Origin: Deltaproteobacteria bacterium YD0425bin51
Lineage (GTDB): Bacteria > Desulfobacterota > Desulfobacteria > Desulfobacterales > YD0425bin51
DNA: 64,000 nucleotides
Assembly (NCBI GenBank): GCA_002753225.1
Contig: PDZS01000013.1
Coordinates: 20,167-84,166, forward strand
Direction of reading: 5' to 3'
A program made the translations under genes and the position numbers. Shown piece by piece: positions 44,806 to 52,647 of this stretch (positions are counted from its first letter, which is position 1; each line of letters begins with the position of its first letter). A model generated the notes under the pieces. That model worked only from the letters and a program-made list of their open reading frames with translations. It did no database searches and had not been told where the DNA came from.

Positions 44806-45327
44806 ATGGAACAAGAAAAAACAAACGAGGAAGTAAAAGTTGAAACCCAGGAACTAAAAGAAGTGTCTCAAGAACAAATTGATAAACTTATCAGAAATAA
44901 TGTTTTGGTTTCAATGGGATTTGGGCTAATTCCCATCCCACTTGTTGATTTTGCTGCTATTACAGGTGTTCAGCTTAACATGATAAGAATACTTGCAAAA
45001 ATGTACGAAGTTCCATTTTCTAAAGACAAAGGTAAACATATTATCGCATCACTTATTGGTGGTACTATTCCTGCATCTTTTGGTGGAATTTTAACGAGTT
45101 TAGTCAAAGTTGTACCAATTATTGGACAAACAACAGGCGCATTGGTTATGCCAGTACTTGCAGGTGGAACAACTTATGCGATAGGTAAAGTTATGGTACA
45201 ACATTTTGCATCTGGTGGGACATTCCTAAATTTTAATCCTGAACAAGTAAAAGAATATTATGCTGATATGCTTTCAAAAGGTAAAGAAGTTGCTAGTAAA
45301 ATCAAATCTGGTGCTATGACACAATAA
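44806..45327 (+). CDS. DUF697 (YcjF-like) membrane-associated protein
   Basis: GLIPIPLVDFAAITGVQLNMIRILAKMYEVPFSK...GTTYAIGKVMVQHF is the typical DUF697 pattern. Confidence 0.65.
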   Translation: MEQEKTNEEVKVETQELKEVSQEQIDKLIRNNVLVSMGFGLIPIPLVDFAAITGVQLNMIRILAKMYEVPFSKDKGKHIIASLIGGTIPASFGGILTSLVKVVPIIGQTTGALVMPVLAGGTTYAIGKVMVQHFASGGTFLNFNPEQVKEYYADMLSKGKEVASKIKSGAMTQ

Positions 45328-45337
45328 GGAGAATCCT

Positions 45338-46834
45338 ATGAAAAAATTTGCATTGAAACTATTTTGTATTTTTATAATTATTACTTTTATGGGTTGTGCG
45401 ACCGGCGTTGATCCTAAAAACGACAAACAGCTCAATGCTTTGTTTCAGGCTCTTGTCAAAAATAAGAAAGAGCTTGCCAAAAAGAAGGCAGAACAAGACA
45501 AAATGTTAGAAAAAGGGTTAACATTTGAAAAGAAAGACTCAGGAATTGAATTTAGCGCAGATCTATATAATGCACCAATCCCTGATATCTTTAAGAAAAT
45601 AATGGAAGCATCTCATGAATCATATATTTTAGAAGATGATGCTGTCCTTACAGGAAAGGTTACTACACGTTTTCAAAAGCTTAGCTTTATTAATGCTTTA
45701 AATATGATAATCTCACCTATTGATTTAGTGGCTGTAAAGGAAAAAGATTTTGTTAAGGTTAGCCTTAAATATAAAGGTGAAGTTGCTGGAGCAGCTGCAA
45801 CTGCAGCAGGAGCTGCAGGTCCAGCAGGAGCTATGCCAGTTGGTCCTCCAGGTGTTTATGCAGAATTGGCTTTTAATAATTTAGATGTTGCTTCTGTTCA
45901 AACATTGCTTGAAACACTTTATCCTGCAACTTCTCCTACACCAAGACCTATTGAATATGGGGTCATACCTGCATCAAATACAGTTTATATTCATGGCGAT
46001 AAAAGCAATGTTGTAAGAACCATCCAAATATTAAGACAAGCAGATCGCAAGGTTAAACATGTTGTTATTGAAGTTTTGGTAGTTGAATATAAAACAGGGG
46101 ATTTAATGGATCTGCAGAGTAAAATCACAAATATGAAGACTGGTTATTTAAAAGATATTAATCTTGGTTTTAACGCAATAGGTTTTACACAACCAGGAAG
46201 GAATATTGGAGAAGATAAAATCAGAAACTTCACTGAGTTTACAGCGCTTGTTAATTTTTTAATTGAAGATAACAAAGCAAGACTTATTTCCAGACCTTAT
46301 ATAGCTACAAGAAGCGGTAAAAAAGCTCAAATTGAAATTGCTACAGAAGGTTATCTTGAGATCGCAACAGCTCAGGGTGGTAGTCAAGCTCAATCTGTTA
46401 AATCTGGTGTTATTTTGAATATTTTACCTATAGTGTTGGATACAGGCAAGTTAAACATGGAAATCCAAGTTGAAGATTCTCAATTTTCAAAGATACCTGA
46501 AAATACGAAAATGCAGCTTTCAGTAAACAAAAACTCAGCTCAAACATTTATGCAGGTTGATGATGGTCAGACAATAATCATAGGTGGTTTGGTATTGAAT
46601 CGTGGAGAATGGGGAAATTCTGGATTTCCATTCTTGAGAAAGATACCAATTATAAATCTTCTTGCTGCAAACCAAAAAAGTTCAATTACAGAAAAGGAAG
46701 TTGCAATATATATAACTCCTCATGTTTGGGAGCCTGACATTGTATCTCCTCTTATAGATCCTGATGCTCTTACAGATAAAGGTTCTAAGAAAGGTATCAG
46801 TGATATTGGCTCTTTTATTAATAAATTAAAATAG
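45338..46834 (+). CDS. Secretin-family outer-membrane channel lipoprotein
   Basis: Lipobox FMGC. There is an Ala/Gly/Pro-rich linker (GAAATAAGAAGPAGAMPVGPPG). The C-terminal secretin domain reads ARLISRPYIATRSGKKAQIEI...GVILNILPIV...DDGQTIIIGGL...GFPFLRKIPIINLL...EVAIYITPHV. Confidence 0.8.
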   Translation: MKKFALKLFCIFIIITFMGCATGVDPKNDKQLNALFQALVKNKKELAKKKAEQDKMLEKGLTFEKKDSGIEFSADLYNAPIPDIFKKIMEASHESYILEDDAVLTGKVTTRFQKLSFINALNMIISPIDLVAVKEKDFVKVSLKYKGEVAGAAATAAGAAGPAGAMPVGPPGVYAELAFNNLDVASVQTLLETLYPATSPTPRPIEYGVIPASNTVYIHGDKSNVVRTIQILRQADRKVKHVVIEVLVVEYKTGDLMDLQSKITNMKTGYLKDINLGFNAIGFTQPGRNIGEDKIRNFTEFTALVNFLIEDNKARLISRPYIATRSGKKAQIEIATEGYLEIATAQGGSQAQSVKSGVILNILPIVLDTGKLNMEIQVEDSQFSKIPENTKMQLSVNKNSAQTFMQVDDGQTIIIGGLVLNRGEWGNSGFPFLRKIPIINLLAANQKSSITEKEVAIYITPHVWEPDIVSPLIDPDALTDKGSKKGISDIGSFINKLK

Positions 46835-46856
46835 ATAATTTTATAGGGAGGTTAGT

Positions 46857-47393
46857 TTGGCAAGTCCATTTGTTCGAACAATGCGTTCGTTTCATGCGGA
46901 TAGCTATTATGCATCATTCATAGGGATTCTGATAAGTATGTTTTTTATGACTCTATGGTTTATATGGTTCTTTACAGCCAATGTGTCAATTTACAAAAAA
47001 AGCACTTATGCTGTACTTACCTCCCAAGAAGGAATTAAAACTGATTTTCCATCTAGTCCTTTTGGTATTGTAAATACAATGGAAGAAAAGAGGGGGAAAG
47101 TTGTTATATCTGAATTTCCGATTGACGCTAAAGATATAATTAAAAGAGGACAAAACGCTAGTTTTATAGTTGAAGATGCTGTAACTCATAAAAGGAGAAA
47201 AGTACCTGCTATTGTAACAAAGCTAGCTAGTCAATTCCCACAAAAAAAAATAGCAGTAGAGTTAATAGCTTTTATGGATAAAAAAATATTCAAAGAAATT
47301 AAAGCTGGTACTACAGGTCAAGTTAATATTGAAGTTAATAGAGAAACTCCAGCAAAAATGGTAATGAGAATGTCAGGATTATTTATTAATTAA
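46857..47393 (+). CDS. 178-aa mini HlyD/membrane-fusion-like protein (TM anchor + beta-barrel-like end, no coiled-coil hairpin)
   Basis: The N-terminus (FVRTMRSFHADSYYASFIGILISMFFMTLWFIWFF) resembles the cytoplasmic tail/TM anchor of bacteriocin-exporter MFPs. The C-terminus (GTTGQVNIEVNRETPAKMVMRMSGLF) resembles the terminal beta strands of HlyD-family proteins. It is less than half the usual length. TTG start with RBS GGGAGG. Confidence 0.45.
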   Translation: MASPFVRTMRSFHADSYYASFIGILISMFFMTLWFIWFFTANVSIYKKSTYAVLTSQEGIKTDFPSSPFGIVNTMEEKRGKVVISEFPIDAKDIIKRGQNASFIVEDAVTHKRRKVPAIVTKLASQFPQKKIAVELIAFMDKKIFKEIKAGTTGQVNIEVNRETPAKMVMRMSGLFIN

Positions 47394-47490
47394 TTAAAAT
47401 ATGGCCGACAAATTGCATATTTTATTTTAGAGTCTGAGCTCAAAGTTTAGACAATCTTTTTAACATAAAACAAAAAGGAGAATAAATACA

Positions 47491-47550
47491 ATGAAAGTTA
47501 AAACAAAAGTTAAAGCAGGCGGTTTTAATTCAATGATTCAAGGCATGTAA
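47491..47550 (+). CDS. 19-codon micro-ORF MKVKTKVKAGGFNSMIQGM (candidate Gly-Gly-type precursor or leader peptide)
   Basis: Not in the ORF track because it is below the length cutoff. AAGGAG at 47475-47480 lies 10 nt before the ATG. The ORF sits 78 nt upstream of a C39-peptidase ABC exporter. Its N-terminus repeats the MKVK..K.G motif of the ORFs at 35986 and 36266. A strong hairpin plus T-run follows. Confidence 0.5.
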   Translation: MKVKTKVKAGGFNSMIQGM

Positions 47551-47570
47551 AAAAACAAAAGAAGTAGCTT

Positions 47571-47619
47571 TACCCGTGATATTTAATAACTCTGCAAAAT
47601 ATCACGGGTAATTTTTTTT
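47571..47619 (+). terminator. Rho-independent terminator/attenuator between micro-ORF and C39-ABC gene
   Basis: TACCCGTGATAT (47571-47582) pairs with ATATCACGGGTA (47599-47610), followed by ATTTTTTTT (47611-47619). The ABC start codon is at 47628. Confidence 0.65.
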
Positions 47620-47627
47620 AAACTGTT

Positions 47628-50351
47628 ATGTTATTTGATACTATTCCAAAAAGAAAATTTTTAGTACCTGAAGTTATTCAGACATCTGCAATGGATTGTG
47701 GTCCTGCCACATTAAAAGCTATGCTTGAGGGATTTGACATTTCTGCAAGTTATGGACGCCTTAGAGAAGCTTGCCAAACAGATGTTGATGGAACCAGCAT
47801 TGATAGTATTGAAGATGTTGCTGTTCAATTAGGACTTGAAGCCCAGCAGACCATGCTCCCTCTTGATAATTTGCTTTTGCCGGTAAGTGCAGCATTACCA
47901 GCTATTGTAGTAACTCGTCTTCCAAATGGATTTACACATTTTGTTATTGTCTGGTCTGTTCACGGTTCTTTTGTTCAAATCATGGATCCTGGCACAGGAA
48001 GGCGTTGGTTGACTAAAAAGAACTTTTTAAAAGATGTTTATATTCACAGACAGACTGTTTCTGTTGAAGATTGGCATAATTGGGCAAAGTCAGATGGATT
48101 TTTAAAGCCTCTATGTGTAAGAATGGAAAATCTGAAAATAGGAGGCTTCATTATTGATGAACTGATTGAAACAGCAAAAAATGGAGAAAGATGGCAAACA
48201 CTTGCAGCATTAGATGCTTCAGTAAGAATGGTTGATTCAATCGTAAATTCAGGTGGATTTAGGAAAGGCTCTGAAGCCTCAAAAGCTTTGCAGCAAATAT
48301 TTACAAATGAAATAACTATGCAGCATGATCAGGAAAGCATGGTTCCTATAAATTACTGGTCCATAGAACCATCACCAAATGAAAATGAAAGCGATCAGGT
48401 AATTTTAAAAGGTGCTGTAACTATAACCGTTAGCGGCAAAAGAGAAGTTAAAGATTCAAAAGAAATATCTAATGAGGAACAGATAAAACCCTTATCTCCT
48501 GAATTAGTTGCAGCATTAGAAGAGGAGTCTGTTAAACCTGAAAAGGAACTTATAAAAGCTTTTTTAGAGGATGGATGGCTTGTCATTGTCATGCTTATTT
48601 CTGGGCTTGCTTTAGCTACATTTGCAGTAACTGTTGAAGCTATTTTATTTAGAGGTTTATTAGAAATTACATCAAACTTCCAATTAATTGGACAAAAAGT
48701 TTCTGCAATGGGATTACTTATAGCTTTTTTATGTGCTGTTGTTGCTCTTTCTTTGCCTATGGAATCAATAAAATACCGCATTGGAAGGCGGATTGAAACC
48801 CGCCTTAGGATAGCTTTTTTAGAAAAGATCCCCCGCCTTGGAGATAAGTATTTTCATAGCCGTCTTACATCAGATATGACTCATAGGGCCTATGAACTAC
48901 GTCAATTAAGAATGTACCCCAATTTAGCAGTTATGTTTATACGAGTATGTTTTGAAATTTTAATTACAACTATTTGTATTATTTGGATCACACCATCAAG
49001 CGCTCATATTGCTATTATTGCAACTCTTGTTGTAATTGGTGTTTCTTTGATGGCACAGCCTCTACTGAACGAGCAAAGCCTTCGTCTTCAAACATTAATT
49101 GGAGCAATAAGCAGATTTTATCTAGACTCATTACTAGGAATAGTGCCAATTAGAACTCACAGGGCAGAATTATCTGTTAGAAGGGAACATGAAGGTTTAA
49201 TGGTAGAATGGGCAAGAGCAGGTATTTCTCTATACAAAGCTGATTTATTAATTATTGGAATAGAAGCTTTAGTGGGTGCTTTTTTTACAGTATGGATTCT
49301 ATACCATTTTGTGTCAAATTACAGTGATCCAAAAGGCATATTATTATTAATGTACTGGACAATGAAATTACCTCAACTTGGAAAGGTTTTGGCCTCTCTT
49401 GCCCAGCAATATCCAATGATGCGCAATATGCTACTTAGACTTTTAGAGCCTTTAACTTCAAGTGAAGAAAGTGCAATGTATAAAGAAGATAAAGATGACG
49501 AACCTTATGATTACACTCAAATTATTTCAGAAGAAGGTATATCTCTATATCTTCAAGATGTTAATGTGCAAGCCGGCGGACAGACTATTTTAAAAGAAAT
49601 AAATTTAACAATTAATTCAAATGAGCATGTAGCTATTGTTGGTCCATCTGGTGCTGGAAAATCAAGCTTTGTTGGATTATTTCTTGGTTGGCATAGACCT
49701 AATGAAGGTAAAATATTTATTGATGGAAAACGGTTGAATGGTTCCATGTTAAATAAAATTCGTAGTCAAACATCGTGGGTAGATCCAGAAGTTCAACTTT
49801 GGAATAAGACTCTTATAGAAAATCTACGTTATGGCTCTCAAGATATTGAAACATCAAATTTAAGTCAAGTTATAGAGCTTGCTGATTTATTAAATATGTT
49901 GGAAAAATTCCCAAATGGACTTCAAACTGTTCTAGGAGAAGGTGGGGGATTAGTTTCAGGAGGAGAAGGTCAAAGAGTTAGGCTTGGAAGAGCAATGCTT
50001 AGAGATAAAATAAGACTTGTCATAATGGATGAACCATTTCGTGGTCTTGATCGGTCAACTCGAAGAGAGCTTTTAAAAAAAGCTAGAGCCTTCTGGAAAA
50101 AATCAACATTGATTTTTATTTCCCACGATGTAAGTGAAACTCTTTTATTTGACAGAGTATTAGTAATAGAAAATGGACAAATAGTTGAAGATAATACGCC
50201 AAAAATTTTATCAGAAAAAAAAGATTCTCGTTATAGTATGCTTTTAAAAGCTGATGAAGCTGTTAGAAATACTTTATGGGCCAGCGCTGAATGGAGAAGA
50301 TTATGGCTCAAAGATGGAAAACTCGATGAAAATGAAAATAATAATGATTAA
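47628..50351 (+). CDS. Peptidase-C39-containing ABC exporter (PCAT), 907 aa
   Basis: C39 domain with an intact triad context (VIQTSAMDCGPATLKAML ... FTHFVIVW ... IMDPGTG). Then a ~170-aa extra region, a 6-TM permease and an ATPase (GPSGAGKSS, VSGGEGQRVRL, LVIMDEPFRGLD). Confidence 0.9.
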   Translation: MLFDTIPKRKFLVPEVIQTSAMDCGPATLKAMLEGFDISASYGRLREACQTDVDGTSIDSIEDVAVQLGLEAQQTMLPLDNLLLPVSAALPAIVVTRLPNGFTHFVIVWSVHGSFVQIMDPGTGRRWLTKKNFLKDVYIHRQTVSVEDWHNWAKSDGFLKPLCVRMENLKIGGFIIDELIETAKNGERWQTLAALDASVRMVDSIVNSGGFRKGSEASKALQQIFTNEITMQHDQESMVPINYWSIEPSPNENESDQVILKGAVTITVSGKREVKDSKEISNEEQIKPLSPELVAALEEESVKPEKELIKAFLEDGWLVIVMLISGLALATFAVTVEAILFRGLLEITSNFQLIGQKVSAMGLLIAFLCAVVALSLPMESIKYRIGRRIETRLRIAFLEKIPRLGDKYFHSRLTSDMTHRAYELRQLRMYPNLAVMFIRVCFEILITTICIIWITPSSAHIAIIATLVVIGVSLMAQPLLNEQSLRLQTLIGAISRFYLDSLLGIVPIRTHRAELSVRREHEGLMVEWARAGISLYKADLLIIGIEALVGAFFTVWILYHFVSNYSDPKGILLLMYWTMKLPQLGKVLASLAQQYPMMRNMLLRLLEPLTSSEESAMYKEDKDDEPYDYTQIISEEGISLYLQDVNVQAGGQTILKEINLTINSNEHVAIVGPSGAGKSSFVGLFLGWHRPNEGKIFIDGKRLNGSMLNKIRSQTSWVDPEVQLWNKTLIENLRYGSQDIETSNLSQVIELADLLNMLEKFPNGLQTVLGEGGGLVSGGEGQRVRLGRAMLRDKIRLVIMDEPFRGLDRSTRRELLKKARAFWKKSTLIFISHDVSETLLFDRVLVIENGQIVEDNTPKILSEKKDSRYSMLLKADEAVRNTLWASAEWRRLWLKDGKLDENENNND

Positions 50352-52462
50352 AACAATTTTAGGTAGTCACTAATTGAGTCAATAACTTCATTTAGTCCTG
50401 ATTCAAGTTTATTTACAAGTTCTTTCAGATTTTCGTCAAATTCTTTTATTCCGTTTCTTAGGATATTTTCGATTTGGGCTGAAATAGTGCTTATTTTTGT
50501 AGCACCAATCATTCCTGCATTACCTTTTAACGTGTGAGCTATTCTTTTAGCTTCTTCAATTTTGCCATCATTTATAAATATTCGTAAACGATTTACAGAA
50601 TTATTATTTGATGACTGAAATAGCTCAAGAAGTCTTTTATATAGGCTAAAATCATATAGTGTTTTTTGTAAACCTGCTTTAATATCAAATGATAGTGACT
50701 GATAGTTTTTAGGTAAAATATTTTCGGGATCTAATTTTTTAATTTGTAAATTAGAATTTTTAATTTGAGTTGGTTTTATCCATTTAGATAAAACATCAAA
50801 TAATAGCTTTACATCAATTGGTTTAGTCAGATAATCATTCATACCTGCTTCTATACATTTTTCTCTATCACCTTTTAAAGCATATGCTGTCATTGCAATA
50901 ATCGGTATTTTTTTAAATCGCTCCTCTTTTCTTATTTTTTGTGTTGCCTCGAATCCATCGATTTCAGGCATCTGTACATCCATAAGTACAACATCGTATG
51001 GTGTATCTTCTTTAGATTTTAAAAGCATATTAATAGCCTCTTGTCCAGAAACAGCTTCAAAAATTTTTGCACCCATATTATTTATAATTTCTCTAGCTAC
51101 AAAACGATTAAATGAATTATCTTCAACAAGTAGAATTTTAGCTCCAGGGAAACCCATGTTTAAATTTATTTCATCATTTTTTTGCTTTTCAATTTCTTTT
51201 TTAGAATCTCCTAATCCAAATTTTACTGTAAATGTAAAAATACTCCCTTTGCTAAGTTCACTTTTTATAGTAATATTTCCAGACATCATTTCGACTAATC
51301 TTTTTGAAATTGCAAGACCAAGTCCTGTACCACCATATTTTCTAGTCGTGCTGCTATCCACCTGTGTAAAAGTATCAAATAAAATCGGGATTTTTTCTTC
51401 AGGAATTCCTATTCCAGTATCGTGAATTTCAAATTTTATGCTTATAGAATCCTCTTTTTTTTCTATTTGATGCATATATATAGAAACTATTCCTTTTTCA
51501 GTAAATTTGATTGCGTTTGATATTAGATTCATGAGAATTTGTTTTAGCCTAAATGGGTCGCCTTTTAATATTCCAATGTTTTTATCAATTGGATTAAGTA
51601 TTAAATTAATTCCTTTTCCGCTAGCATTAACTGAAAGTATAGAAACTATTTCTGCTAATAATGAATTAATATTAAAATCAATGTATTCAAGTTCAAGACG
51701 GCCTGCGTCAATTTTTGAAAAATCTAAAATATTGTTTATAATTTCAAGTAGTGCATTTGAAGAAGATTTTATCTTAGTGAAATAGTCAAGCTGTTTTACG
51801 TTAAGGCTTGTTTTTAAAATTAATTCAGTTAGACCTATAATTGTGTTCATTGGTGTTCGAAGTTCATGACTGATATTTGCAAAAAATTCACTTTTTGCTT
51901 TATTTGCTTTTTCTAATTCGAGTGTTCTATCCTTAACTTTTTGTTCTAAATTTTGATTATTTTGTTCAAGAAGTTTTTCCATCTTTTTTCGTTTTTCAAT
52001 CTCATTTTGCGCCTGCACATATAGATTTTCCATCATTTCTTTTTGAGTATTTATTTGTTTATCCAAAAAATAAGCATTTAGAGCTTTATTTATAGTTAAT
52101 TGAAGATTAGACTCATCCCAAGGTTTAGCTATATATCCGTGAAGATTAGCATTATTTACAACATTGCCAACAGCCTGAGCTGTAGCTTGACCAGTTAAAA
52201 ATATTTTTAATGACTTTGGATAGTTTGAGTGAATCTTAATCAAGAGTTCGTCACCTTTCATTCCAGGCATAATCTGATCGGATATGATGATTGGAACTTC
52301 AATTTTGTCACGTGATAATTCTTCAATAACTTCAAGAGCTTCTTCAGCGCTTTCAGCAATTTCAATGTTATACGCATTACCGAGATAATAGATTAATTGA
52401 TCTCTTAAGCTGGAAAGAATAGATAATTCATCATCTACACATAAAATAACAGGTTTATTCAT
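50348..52462 (-). CDS. Hybrid histidine kinase: REC - coiled coil - HisKA - HATPase_c - REC - HPt
   Basis: N-terminal REC (ILCVDDELSIL...SDQIMPGMKG). H-box [14 protein letters not shown]; [17 protein letters not shown]. Second REC (LLVEDNSFNR...MDVQMPEIDGF). C-terminal HPt (AHTLKGNAGMIGA). Its stop overlaps the PCAT stop within TTAA. Confidence 0.85.
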   Translation of the reverse strand: MNKPVILCVDDELSILSSLRDQLIYYLGNAYNIEIAESAEEALEVIEELSRDKIEVPIIISDQIMPGMKGDELLIKIHSNYPKSLKIFLTGQATAQAVGNVVNNANLHGYIAKPWDESNLQLTINKALNAYFLDKQINTQKEMMENLYVQAQNEIEKRKKMEKLLEQNNQNLEQKVKDRTLELEKANKAKSEFFANISHELRTPMNTIIGLTELILKTSLNVKQLDYFTKIKSSSNALLEIINNILDFSKIDAGRLELEYIDFNINSLLAEIVSILSVNASGKGINLILNPIDKNIGILKGDPFRLKQILMNLISNAIKFTEKGIVSIYMHQIEKKEDSISIKFEIHDTGIGIPEEKIPILFDTFTQVDSSTTRKYGGTGLGLAISKRLVEMMSGNITIKSELSKGSIFTFTVKFGLGDSKKEIEKQKNDEINLNMGFPGAKILLVEDNSFNRFVAREIINNMGAKIFEAVSGQEAINMLLKSKEDTPYDVVLMDVQMPEIDGFEATQKIRKEERFKKIPIIAMTAYALKGDREKCIEAGMNDYLTKPIDVKLLFDVLSKWIKPTQIKNSNLQIKKLDPENILPKNYQSLSFDIKAGLQKTLYDFSLYKRLLELFQSSNNNSVNRLRIFINDGKIEEAKRIAHTLKGNAGMIGATKISTISAQIENILRNGIKEFDENLKELVNKLESGLNEVIDSISDYLKLF

Positions 52463-52647
52463 TTTTGGATTTTTCCCTAAATCAATAGAAGAATAATTTA
52501 AAATATGATCTATGAATAAAGAATATAACTACTACATAAAAAAAACAAGAATTTTTACTTTATGATAATATTGCAAATTTCATATAGATATGTTGAAAGC
52601 AAAATAATAATTTGTTAAAAATAAAAAATAAAGATTATGGAGGAAAA

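Noticed and set aside
34141-50351. Interpreting the locus as a type II secretion or type IV pilus cluster because of the secretin
   Set aside because: No GspE/PilB-type ATPase, GspF/PilC platform, pseudopilin/pilin or prepilin peptidase genes are present in the window. The secretin neighbours are ABC-exporter components instead.
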